From an uncultured Cytophagia bacterium (GTDB taxonomy: Bacteria > Zhuqueibacterota > Zhuqueibacteria > Thermofontimicrobiales > Thiofontviventaceae): DNA of 60,958 nucleotides. The notes beneath the pieces are model-generated. The model searched no databases. It was not told where the DNA came from and worked only from the letters and a program-made list of their open reading frames with translations. Both the position numbers and the translations under genes were made by a program. Shown piece by piece: positions 18,701-26,979 of the stretch; position 1 is the stretch's first letter; each line of letters starts with the position of its first letter. The stretch lies in NCBI GenBank assembly GCA_964498785.1, contig CAZCJL010000030.1, forward strand, positions 1-60,958, written 5' to 3'.

Positions 18701-21436
18701 GTGAATTAATTTTGTCCGTTGCGAACCGTTCACTTCATTTATAATCATCTCCGCCAATTGAATTCGATCGCGATGTTTTTGTCTGAAAACCAGAAATCGC
18801 TGTGGCAAATAATCCGCATTGAACTGACGCATCATTTTTGGGATATTAAAATGCCTGGCAACCGGCTTTAGCTTTTTTGATAACAGAACACCAGCTTCGG
18901 AGGCAGTACGTTTCAGGAATTCATCAAAAACAATCGCGTACTCCGAAAATAAGCCCGTCGTTTTGAATTGCGCCGGCGTAAGCTCTCTGCGAGTATAGTT
19001 AAGGGATTCTTCAGCGATCAGCCGGTTCAGATCGATCAGCACGCGCCGGGTTTTCTGTCGCAGAATGCCGGCGTCATCCACACCACCAAGTGTGAGACGG
19101 AATGAGTTTCTGCCGATTTCATAACCCTTCGCTGTTCTGGCAAATGTAGACAAAGGAATCAAGCCAATCCCCTGCAACGCCAGTTTGGAAGCCAGCCAGT
19201 CCAGTGAAATACCTGTTGGCAATTTCCGGATGATCATATTGGGATACATCGCTCCCTGCGGTCTGCGGATTTCGATTTGATACGGATTGCGGTCCGACGG
19301 CAAATTGGCGCATGCTATTTCCAACGCTTGCATGCGTTTCTCAAAAATCCGGTTGCGCCAGGTCCAAAACGTCGCGATCTTTTCATAACTGTTTCGATAA
19401 AAAAGATAGGAAAGCAGCGTTGCCATCAAATTCGGACGGATCAGTCTATTCAATTCGGAGAATTGGTTTTTAAGACCCGCATGCGGGATTTCCGCAACAG
19501 CCATGCGTGCACCGGCAAAACAATCGGTTTTAGACAGCGAATGCACTGTAATTCCATACTGCGCCAGCTCCCGTCTTATTTGGCCTTTTACCACCATATC
19601 ACTAATGATTTGCCGAACCGATTTTGGTCCGCTCAAATTGTGAGCCGGCGCGACATTTTGATATGCCAGATCATCGATAACAAACACACGCTGTTCCAGT
19701 AGCCATTTTATTAATCTCTTCACATCGTTTTCACCAAACACATAGCCGCTGGCATTATGCGGATTATTCAGCACGACTGCGCCATGATCGCGCCAACCCG
19801 GATCATCCTCTACTTTACTCCGGACGGCATTGATAATCCCGTCCACATCCAATGACAAATCGTCATTTAGCGAAATTGCAATGACACGCGGGAAACAGTG
19901 CTCATACGTCCAGCTCATATCCGGTGTGATTACTTCATCGATCCCGCAATGAAAACCGAGCAAACTGAGCGCTGTTCGCGCTGAGCCGCTCACCACAAAG
20001 CAATCTCGTTGTGAATACTCCGGATGATGTTTCAGAAAGGCATTTAAAAAAGCCTGTTCTAAATTGGCGTGCCACTCCGAATCATTTAAATGAGTGAAAA
20101 ATTTGGCTATAATTTCAAACGGCGATAATCCTGTGAACGGGTCAAACATGCGCGCTTTTTCAGGCAGATAACTTTCGAGTGTACGATACACATCGCTACT
20201 GCGATTTAACACCGGCCTCACGTGAGATGTTGCTTGTGCGGCATGGTTTTCAACAATAGCACAAAGACGCCGTACAATCCGGTTCACCTGGCGATTTTGT
20301 GGAAGCATGAGGTTAGCGTCAGAATTTTCCGGGAAAATATCAATCACATCCGCAAAGCTGTTCGGTTCGTCCTGTTTCGTGTTGAGTTTTTGATCCAGCA
20401 AAAATGTGAACAGTTCCACCTCTGCCGCTGCTGGAGTTCCTTTTAATTGAAAATGAACAGTCTCGAAAATTTTTAAGAATTCGGAATTCCCGGTCATGAA
20501 TGAAATTGATAGCGCGGAAAAACGCGCATCGATTGCTGATGGTGAAATAATCCGAATCACGCGATTTAACAGACCGGCTTCCCGCGCCAGCGACAGGTGA
20601 TTTGGGGCATCGTTGGTTTCAATAAACATAATCGGATGTTTTAAACAGAGCCGGCGGAGTTCACGACGAACTTCTTCACAGGGAATATCGCCCAGAATCA
20701 AAAATACGGGCTGCGAAGAATTCTGTTGAAAGAATGATCCCAGCGCCGGTAAAACAGACTGATCAGTGTCTGGCAATGAATGAAATATCAGTGACGAATA
20801 CTGTCGCAAATGCTCTGGTATCTTCACTCCTACCAAAAAAATGTGCGCCGGCAGATCGAGCAGATAGTGTGAAAGCGAATGAAAAACTATCCGCAAATCT
20901 TCCCCCAAACCGCCATTGGAAAAAATAATTTCCCGGCAGCCTGTTTCCGTACCCGGATCGTAATCCAGTGGTTCATATTGATGTCGGGTGAGCCATTCAC
21001 GAATGAGTACTGCCAGTTGATTAGGATTTTTCTTATTGAATCCGCCACGGGGCATATAAGCAGTACTGTTTTCAATCGCCCGAGTAATCAATTGAGGGAT
21101 GTCACCGCGTTGATTCGAATTATAATCCCAAAAATAATTTGACTGACCTTCCCCGCCAGAATCCCGGATGTTCAACCCCAACACGATGCAACTGTACATA
21201 TCACTTAACCGGCGATCCTGGATCGGATTCCCGATGTGAAAATTAACACGTTCGTCCGGCTTCACCGGAGATGATGCGGTCGCTTCGCTAATTTCCGAAA
21301 CCTTTGCCGCTTTCAGCGGACGCAACCGAAACGAGGATTGCAAGCGATGTTGTGATTCAAATTTATTCATATTTTCTATGGAGTTATGGCATGGCAGCGA
21401 CTGCCTCGCTGCATGCCGCCGTTTTTCAGCCGGCAA
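15752..21436 (-). CDS. Giant (~1.9 kaa) cytoplasmic protein of unknown function. It has a degenerate PLP-aminotransferase (class I/II fold)-like domain, then an intact-looking aminotransferase-fold domain, then ~1100 aa of unassigned mostly helical sequence. The start is uncertain: TTG 21436 or ATG 21370.
   Basis: Domain 2 has NNPHNASGYVF (compare NPxNPTG) and SLSKTDCFAGARMA (compare SxSKxxGxxGxRxG, the PLP lysine). Domain 1 (NFHIGNPIQD...YMPRGG...LIREWL...IIFSNGGLGEDLRIVFHSL...IISPSAIDARFSALS) keeps the fold pattern but has SPSA where SxSK is expected, so it lacks the lysine. No Walker A motif or HEXXH. Confidence 0.6.
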   Translation of the reverse strand: MPAEKRRHAARQSLPCHNSIENMNKFESQHRLQSSFRLRPLKAAKVSEISEATASSPVKPDERVNFHIGNPIQDRRLSDMYSCIVLGLNIRDSGGEGQSNYFWDYNSNQRGDIPQLITRAIENSTAYMPRGGFNKKNPNQLAVLIREWLTRHQYEPLDYDPGTETGCREIIFSNGGLGEDLRIVFHSLSHYLLDLPAHIFLVGVKIPEHLRQYSSLIFHSLPDTDQSVLPALGSFFQQNSSQPVFLILGDIPCEEVRRELRRLCLKHPIMFIETNDAPNHLSLAREAGLLNRVIRIISPSAIDARFSALSISFMTGNSEFLKIFETVHFQLKGTPAAAEVELFTFLLDQKLNTKQDEPNSFADVIDIFPENSDANLMLPQNRQVNRIVRRLCAIVENHAAQATSHVRPVLNRSSDVYRTLESYLPEKARMFDPFTGLSPFEIIAKFFTHLNDSEWHANLEQAFLNAFLKHHPEYSQRDCFVVSGSARTALSLLGFHCGIDEVITPDMSWTYEHCFPRVIAISLNDDLSLDVDGIINAVRSKVEDDPGWRDHGAVVLNNPHNASGYVFGENDVKRLIKWLLEQRVFVIDDLAYQNVAPAHNLSGPKSVRQIISDMVVKGQIRRELAQYGITVHSLSKTDCFAGARMAVAEIPHAGLKNQFSELNRLIRPNLMATLLSYLFYRNSYEKIATFWTWRNRIFEKRMQALEIACANLPSDRNPYQIEIRRPQGAMYPNMIIRKLPTGISLDWLASKLALQGIGLIPLSTFARTAKGYEIGRNSFRLTLGGVDDAGILRQKTRRVLIDLNRLIAEESLNYTRRELTPAQFKTTGLFSEYAIVFDEFLKRTASEAGVLLSKKLKPVARHFNIPKMMRQFNADYLPQRFLVFRQKHRDRIQLAEMIINEVNGSQRTKLIHILEKELHKESLEERSVTFRKRLFDRTVHPTQMYALKVDLIIDKILENFIYGLDIPRETIHALANELTDEFLGMNVHINSIEEADELVLDLHSIIEAEEWAHWHNDVTLKSLISFWGDWDGSSRPSGQGHRLVAAVVVENVHLQAEFLKTLLRVDQSIKLDPELFNDLETLENRIVQFRKLLNEITYLTNQLEKRYQRVLPFDLHIGLLRRVGMKLHLARDPLTALWQHNDSLERKMLRLRVQRRENLEYYFSLNKRLRKTLFALLPKIERNLHHPDIALHAGFFRSLLRRFMLTPRIHQKMILAQDQFAIDTTVHNIVEINEIAGKYGTPGMVMGLQVSMSTDPEALIMLDRKMRSRWEEITREHPEAVIPAVSLIPLFEDGKTIRNLESYLDRIWEYTGQSQRLTQNSAERFEEMVCELFFAGSDLSQQVSQPAGAMLYREAKHRSIRWLAERGLVGKVRIKLGSGEPMQRQGGYYDENAGKSVLYSRDSLANLAGVLKDSARRSTEFAQSPLRGVLVGGDFRTFQSNVAEKLRHLSAYERARLLYHVGKAQKYYEGELSRADEPLQETRLRFQSRGWEELERLTMGRRDEIFNEFIELVSRYYQHILYGREEDVVGIHVISYFISRATPTLRDRPTVRPGQQTPGNQGQQIIERLAQTLPLLKHGSLFRAIGHNRAQTVILGVNQLTTGLFRALSEFAEKQFANSDGLMVISERILPLLPVHDILHTLRIYHDLSLPYIREMEPSFRAGNSAFLILKEDNHSIPGFILMMQKELLRRQGLNVSEFFSGDRIIPDVLPAFRPDVSILLQPDLFNTDFDNLRKDISVEIEPQWAETMRQLMRVPVEISTIRAEMWELIRQPIKQQVESFVELALAINSLSDRKGVPDIPFTIEPGEVHRLGSQIAGLLRGVMDDYMRQFLIDAVNYLTQIPHQMREVPIDVLRALRDVERILRIEEQVLGKKEQDLLRYYYLKIARMSGENG

Positions 21437-21441
21437 TAATT

Positions 21442-22419
21442 TTATTCTACGTCCTGAACTTCTTTTTTCTCAATCGACTGGATCATATTCTGGAGCATTT
21501 TTTTCAACAGCCCCATAAATTGAGAGCCTTCTGCCAGGTCTTTTGATGAAAGTGACACTACCGTGCGCGCGTTGCGCAAATTCTGGCTCGCTTCTGCTAG
21601 TTGCGCGACTTGAGGCGTTAAAATAAGCAATTCGGGATGATCAACTAACATTTGTATTTCTTTTTGATCCATTTCCAATTGCATTTTTTTTACTTTCAGC
21701 TCCTCATCCACTCGATGAAGGGCCAAAACAGCTTCCTGTTCTTCCGCTGTTTTCTTCAATGCAATTTTCTTCATTTCAAGATCATGCTCATAGTTTGCAA
21801 TCTGTTCATCTGCCTCGGATTTAGCGCGGGCTGCGGCGACACGTGCGTTTTGACTGTATATTTCCGTCTGCTCCAGAATGCGCGCAGCTTCCTGCTGCCG
21901 GATCGCCTCAGATATCTTTTTATCCGCTGGTTCCACGGATTGAACGTTCACTGCCATCACTTCCAATCCCAATTTCTCTTCTGAATCCTTCAGGCGACTA
22001 TCCACGTGCTTTGCCATCTTATCGGATGCTAATTCCTCGATGGCATACTTTTCGGTAAACTCCCGGACAAATGAATTTGTCACCACTTCCAGTTCTCGCG
22101 TTGCCTGTGCGACCGCATCTTTGTTCCAGCCACCGACACGGATCAGCGCGGATAAATGTTTCAGCGAGGCCGCAACCGTCACTGCCAGTTTCACCTGAAC
22201 CGCGATCCGTCCCTTTGCATCCGCCTCGATGGTGTGCACTGTTGAATGTACTTTTGCCAAAATTGTTAAACTAAAATGCCGCGGATAAATCCGGGCCCTG
22301 CGCCGGCGAACCTGACCATCTGATTCGTATAAAACAATGTAATCCGGTCGTGACAATCGATATTCAAACAGAATTAGCGCCAAAATAATGGCTGCAATGA
22401 TGGCGATTGTAAGCACCAT
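21442..22419 (-). CDS. SPFH/band-7 (flotillin-like) membrane protein with a C-terminal coiled coil. The ORF track start is 22434; ATG 22419 has the better ribosome-binding site.
   Basis: N-terminal transmembrane helix VLTIAIIAAIILALILF, an SPFH-like core, then an EA-rich heptad region (EAIRQQEAARILEQTEIYSQNARVAAARAKSEADEQIANYEHDLEMKKIALKKTAEEQEA). GGAGGG lies 6 nt before ATG 22419. The stop is 5 nt before the giant gene. Confidence 0.7.
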   Translation of the reverse strand: MVLTIAIIAAIILALILFEYRLSRPDYIVLYESDGQVRRRRARIYPRHFSLTILAKVHSTVHTIEADAKGRIAVQVKLAVTVAASLKHLSALIRVGGWNKDAVAQATRELEVVTNSFVREFTEKYAIEELASDKMAKHVDSRLKDSEEKLGLEVMAVNVQSVEPADKKISEAIRQQEAARILEQTEIYSQNARVAAARAKSEADEQIANYEHDLEMKKIALKKTAEEQEAVLALHRVDEELKVKKMQLEMDQKEIQMLVDHPELLILTPQVAQLAEASQNLRNARTVVSLSSKDLAEGSQFMGLLKKMLQNMIQSIEKKEVQDVE

Positions 22420-22568
22420 ATTTCCCTCCGTCATCTGATGTTTTATGTGTTACTGTTTTCTCTCAGTGCAACGTCATTCATCATCGCACGATTCGAACAG
22501 ATAAATTCTATTAATATACGTAATTTTTCTGTCAATCAAAAATAAAAATTAAATTTTCATTTTGGAAT

Positions 22569-23330
22569 TCAGGTACTTCGCTTTTCCGCGACCACTAACA
22601 TTTCAAAATCATCAGTGGTCAGTTTTTTATCGCGGCTGAAAATTCCTGTGTCGCAGCCGTAAATCCCGATATTCATGCAGTCGAGTGACTTTAAATACCA
22701 TGAGATTTCCGATGGCGCAAAATAGCGCTCGTTGCAATCAATTTTCTTTTGTTCGCCGGCGTCGTCCACAATTTCAATGGTTGAAAAATCTCTGAACGTC
22801 AGCAGATCGAAATTATTTTCAAGAGAAGCAACTTCTGAATTTTGATTTATGAAATCCTTCACAGAATGATAGAGCGGATAGAGCACATTCAAACACGTGA
22901 AAATAAATTTACTGCCGGATTTCAACGACTGCACGGCGTTTTGGAGAATCCTGAAATTCATCTCATCCGTTTCCATAAGTGAAAAAGCGCCTTCGCACAG
23001 CATTATTGCCATATCGAATTGACTTTCAAAGCTAAACTGCCGCGCATCTTTTTGAAGAAATTCTACGGTAACACAAGCTTTTTCAGCTTTTTCACGCGCC
23101 CGTTTTAATTGCGATTCCGACAGATCAATGCCAGTTACTGAATATCCCCGACAAGCCAGTTCAATTGCATGACGACCAGTACCGCAGCCAATATCAAGAA
23201 TACGTTTTGTTTTATCGAATCCGATCTCCTGTTCGATGAAATCTACTTCAGCGATCGTACCCTGTGTAAACACTTCCTGATCGTACTTTTCCGCATAATT
23301 TTCAAACAGTTTTTCGTACCATTGTGACAT
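22569..23330 (-). CDS. Class I SAM-dependent methyltransferase.
   Basis: ILDIGCGTGRHAIELACRGYSVTGIDLSESQL motif I. Shine-Dalgarno AAGGA. Confidence 0.75.
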   Translation of the reverse strand: MSQWYEKLFENYAEKYDQEVFTQGTIAEVDFIEQEIGFDKTKRILDIGCGTGRHAIELACRGYSVTGIDLSESQLKRAREKAEKACVTVEFLQKDARQFSFESQFDMAIMLCEGAFSLMETDEMNFRILQNAVQSLKSGSKFIFTCLNVLYPLYHSVKDFINQNSEVASLENNFDLLTFRDFSTIEIVDDAGEQKKIDCNERYFAPSEISWYLKSLDCMNIGIYGCDTGIFSRDKKLTTDDFEMLVVAEKRST

Positions 23331-23376
23331 TTATGTGATCCTTTTGTTAGCCACACCTGTCTATCCAATACACAAA

Positions 23377-23407
23377 GATTTCCGAAGTCTCGGAGACTTC
23401 GGAAATC
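23377..23407 (-). terminator. Strong 13-bp hairpin downstream of the TPR-like gene (minus strand).
   Basis: gatttccgaagtc-tcgga-gacttcggaaatc, a perfect stem, followed on the minus strand by UUUGUGUAUU. Confidence 0.5.
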
Positions 23408-23467
23408 TGCTACCCGTTAGCTTTTGCTGCTTTTACAGTTAAAATCCCCACCAGAATCCGCGCCAAC

Positions 23468-24277
23468 TTACCCTTTCAACCCCTTCTCCACAAACTTCAA
23501 CAGCGCCGGGTCAGTCCAGTATTGCCCGTTTCGCAACCAATAATCATACGCTTCATCATCTCCGCCAACAGTCACAACATCCGAGGCGTATTCTTTGGGT
23601 TGCTTATGTTTCTTTTTAAGAAGCTCGTTGGCGATATTCGGCAAAAATTCGATTGCTGCTTTCAATGCCTCTTCTGCATCCCGTTGTTTCTCCAGCCGGT
23701 AACACGCCATGACTTTCCCGTATAAAATATCCGGCAAGGTATCGTCAGAAAACATATCACACAATTTCAGGATTTCTTTGAATTTTCCCTGAGCGATGTA
23801 ACACTGCATAAGAAGCGCCCGAACACCCTGATTATCATTCGGATTATAATTCAACATATCCGCAAATACTTTAATCGCCCGATCCCATTCCTCAATATTG
23901 AGATAGGTGACTCCCAATCCCTGCATGGTTCGCAGAAATGGTCTGTTTTCAATATGCGCCCATTCGATTCGTCCGCGATAATTTTTGGGAATGACGGCAG
24001 TTCCCACAGAATAGCCTTCCATAAAAAAGGAAAACGCAGTCCCGTAATTAAACAAATCAAGTTCCATCCAGCCCAGGCTACTGTATGCGTCGATAAATTC
24101 CGGGTCATCTTCCAAAATAGCTTCGAGATTGAAACTCGCTGCACCGGCTTCTTCAGTCTCCTGCGCTTCATAAAATCGATCAAATATTTCTTTGCGTGAA
24201 GCTCCCCACTCAAAAACACCTGTCGGTGCTTCTTCCCCTTCATAAACCTTAAATTTTAGTTTGGGGTATTTTGGCAT
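23468..24277 (-). CDS. Hypothetical protein, probably TPR/helical-repeat containing.
   Basis: No catalytic motifs. Composition and periodicity (A.Y...G....A......L) suggest TPR-like repeats. Confidence 0.45.
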   Translation of the reverse strand: MPKYPKLKFKVYEGEEAPTGVFEWGASRKEIFDRFYEAQETEEAGAASFNLEAILEDDPEFIDAYSSLGWMELDLFNYGTAFSFFMEGYSVGTAVIPKNYRGRIEWAHIENRPFLRTMQGLGVTYLNIEEWDRAIKVFADMLNYNPNDNQGVRALLMQCYIAQGKFKEILKLCDMFSDDTLPDILYGKVMACYRLEKQRDAEEALKAAIEFLPNIANELLKKKHKQPKEYASDVVTVGGDDEAYDYWLRNGQYWTDPALLKFVEKGLKG

Positions 24278-24335
24278 TTTGTTCTTTCTTTTAAATTGTA
24301 AAATTTTTAAGGATTGTTATTTTAGTTAAAAATTA

Positions 24336-25148
24336 TCAGGCAAATAATAACAAACTCAACGCCATAACAATCATTCCGCTCACCACCCCGTAAATTGCCA
24401 GATGGTGCTCGCCGTATTTTTCTGCTGTGGGTAATAATTCATCGAGAGAAATAAACACCATAATTCCGGCGACGCCGGCGAACAATAAACCGAATATAAT
24501 GTCGTTAAAGAATCGAAGTAGAATAAAATAACCAACGACAGCACCAATCGGTTCAGCAAGCCCGGAGAGAAAGGAATATAAGAATGCCTTGCGTTTACTA
24601 CCTGTCGCATAATAGATGGGTACCGACACGGCAATTCCTTCGGGAACATTATGAATGGCAATTGCAATAGCAATACTTAAGCCGAGCGCCGGGTCCTTCA
24701 AAGTACTGGTAAATGTGGCCAAACCTTCCGGGAAATTGTGGATCGCAATCGCGAGCGCCGAAAACATCCCCATCCTCAATAGTTGAGTTTTTTTTATATC
24801 TTCAGTTCCGTTACACATTTCCTCAATTTTTCTGGGTTCATGCGGATTTTCAAAAGAAGGTACAACTTTATCGACAAGCGCGATAAAAAGCATTCCTGTG
24901 AAAAATGCAAGCGTTGTAAACCAGTAGCCGCGTGTTTCTCCAAGCTCAGCAGATAATGAAGTTCGGGCCTTTAAAAATATTTCGATCAACGATACGTAAA
25001 TCATCACACCCGCGGAAAATCCTAATGCTGTGGACAAAAATTGTGTGTTCGTTCGTTTTGCAAAAAATGCCAGCGCACTTCCGATACCAGTCGCCAATCC
25101 CGCAAATAGCGTGAGTCCGAATGCAAGAATTACATTTTCTGTTGGCAT
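24336..25148 (-). CDS. zupT: ZIP-family zinc transporter (ZupT).
   Basis: Eight transmembrane helices with HNFPEGLA and HNVPEGIAV metal-binding motifs. Shine-Dalgarno GGAGG. Confidence 0.8.
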   Translation of the reverse strand: MPTENVILAFGLTLFAGLATGIGSALAFFAKRTNTQFLSTALGFSAGVMIYVSLIEIFLKARTSLSAELGETRGYWFTTLAFFTGMLFIALVDKVVPSFENPHEPRKIEEMCNGTEDIKKTQLLRMGMFSALAIAIHNFPEGLATFTSTLKDPALGLSIAIAIAIHNVPEGIAVSVPIYYATGSKRKAFLYSFLSGLAEPIGAVVGYFILLRFFNDIIFGLLFAGVAGIMVFISLDELLPTAEKYGEHHLAIYGVVSGMIVMALSLLLFA

Positions 25149-25419
25149 AAAGTCGCCTCCATATTATTTAGAGTGGGACACGAATCATTGACATTTCATT
25201 TAATATAATCCTTTTCCTCTTAAAATCAAGTAAATACTCAACTGTGTGATAACTTTTATACTGAATTCAGGAAACGGTTTTTTTTCAAGCGGCATTTTGG
25301 GAAATTGTTATGAAGCGTTTGGCAGCAGGAAGGATTATACGCAGGTGAAGGCGCGCACGAAATTCCTTCACCTGAATGCCCTTGTTATTCTGAAGAGTTA
25401 GCATCCTTGAACAGCGGGT

Positions 25420-25563
25420 TACCAGCCTGTCCAGGAACTTTGATATCGTCGGGAAAACCCTTGAGAAGGTTTCGCTACAACACAATATATAGATAAATTC
25501 ATGAATATGTATCAATATACAGCTTGTCCCGTTTTGAAAAACCTTCGCAAGGGTAGTTCGTGG
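25420..25563. repeat. Copy B of the palindromic MITE/REP-like element, inverted relative to copy A.
   Basis: The reverse complement matches 13804..13935 with only a few central mismatches. Lies between the stop of the OMP gene and the zupT upstream region. Confidence 0.8.
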
Positions 25564-25571
25564 ACAGGTTC

Positions 25572-26285
25572 TTACAGCCCCATAATCAAACCGGTCATGA
25601 TTTTAAAATCACTGGATCGCTGCGTGCCATCCAATTTGCCGGATTTTATCTGGTTGATCAATCCAATTGTATATTTAGTGACAACGGATAAATGAACTCT
25701 GCTACTAAACGGATACGACACACCCAGTCCCACATCTATTCCCAAGTTGTATTTTGACAGGTTTCCCTTTATGTCATATTTTAATTTTTCAAATTCAGGA
25801 GCATCATATTCAGATTTAAATTTTTCACTGGCAGATAACAGGAATCCCAGGTTCGGACCGGCGAGAACAAATGTATTGAAAAATTTGGTTTGATGCGATG
25901 CTTTCATGTGTAATGGCAGTTCGATGTAACGCAAATCCTGCACAAACCAGAATTTTCCCAGCTCTGTGCCCTGTTCGTCGGTTCCCACCATTTTGGTGGT
26001 GCTTCCACCAGCCTGACTATAAAAAAGTCCGGTTTCCACTGATAAAAAATCCGAAACAGAAATTTCTACAGAGCCGCCAGCTAACAATCCATTTTTATGA
26101 TGATTATAGGGACCGAACGTAAAAACCGGCAGGCTATTTTCAGGCGCCAATCCGGTATTTGAAAATCCGGCCCATACACCGATGAGGTATTTACCCGGAT
26201 TATTATTATTGTTTACCGAGCCAGCAGCAAATAACTGAGCTCCTAAAAGCACAATGAACCCACAAAGGAAAATTGCTTTTTTCAT
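25572..26285 (-). CDS. Outer-membrane beta-barrel protein (porin/OmpA-like barrel family).
   Basis: Signal peptide MKKAIFLCGFIVLLGAQLFAAG, alternating amphipathic beta-strand pattern, and a C-terminal aromatic-rich strand. Shine-Dalgarno GAGGAG. Confidence 0.6.
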   Translation of the reverse strand: MKKAIFLCGFIVLLGAQLFAAGSVNNNNNPGKYLIGVWAGFSNTGLAPENSLPVFTFGPYNHHKNGLLAGGSVEISVSDFLSVETGLFYSQAGGSTTKMVGTDEQGTELGKFWFVQDLRYIELPLHMKASHQTKFFNTFVLAGPNLGFLLSASEKFKSEYDAPEFEKLKYDIKGNLSKYNLGIDVGLGVSYPFSSRVHLSVVTKYTIGLINQIKSGKLDGTQRSSDFKIMTGLIMGL

Positions 26286-26979
26286 ACTAAAATCTCCTCT
26301 TGAATAATATTAGTGATTTATTGTTGGAAATAAGCTACCAGAGCCAATCCATTTTCAGGGGGATCTCTGATCATTGGACATAATCAAAAGATAATGAAAT
26401 ATTTTATGGATTATGGTAGCAATTTTTTATATGGGTGGGTTCCTCGAATGTTTTTATTTGATCTATCAATTAATTGACTGTCGGAATATGATCCGGGTTC
26501 CGTTCTCTTTTCTAAAAACGATCGAATTGGATATTGCTTTTTAAGAATCATATTTATATATTACAACACGTAAACATAATCATCATTGAAATTTGGAGTG
26601 TATTACACCTGTGCGCCTCAGGAGCATTTATGCAATGCCGAAGAGTGAAATCCATAAAGGGATTTCACTCCGGCGAATAGACTTTAGGGAATTTAAGAAT
26701 CACCGGATTTTAAAAAGGAGATCATAATGCTAAAAAAATATTTCTTTTTTTGTTGAAAAAAGAAAATGGAAATTGGCATAAAAAATGGTCTGGCTGCAGT
26801 TGGATTGAATGATAACATTTCTCTAAAAGGATAAATTAATTTTTACATAGAGAATGCGGATGTCACAGATCACAACGATGATTTTTTAGCGACAATTCTA
26901 TTTTAAAAAAACCGTGATGATCAGCGTAATGCGTGTCATCCGTGCGCTATCAACTCGTCAATAATAATGAGGTTTAAGC

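Noticed and set aside
26727-26756. A tiny upstream ORF MLKKYFFFC with a perfect Shine-Dalgarno site (AAAAAGGAGAT). Its three consecutive Phe codons resemble a pheL-type attenuator leader.
   Set aside because: There is no Phe-biosynthesis or tRNA-synthetase gene downstream; the next gene is an Fe-S protein 220 nt away. No alternative terminator/antiterminator pair is evident. The region is AT-rich, so a TTT-rich ORF arises easily by chance.
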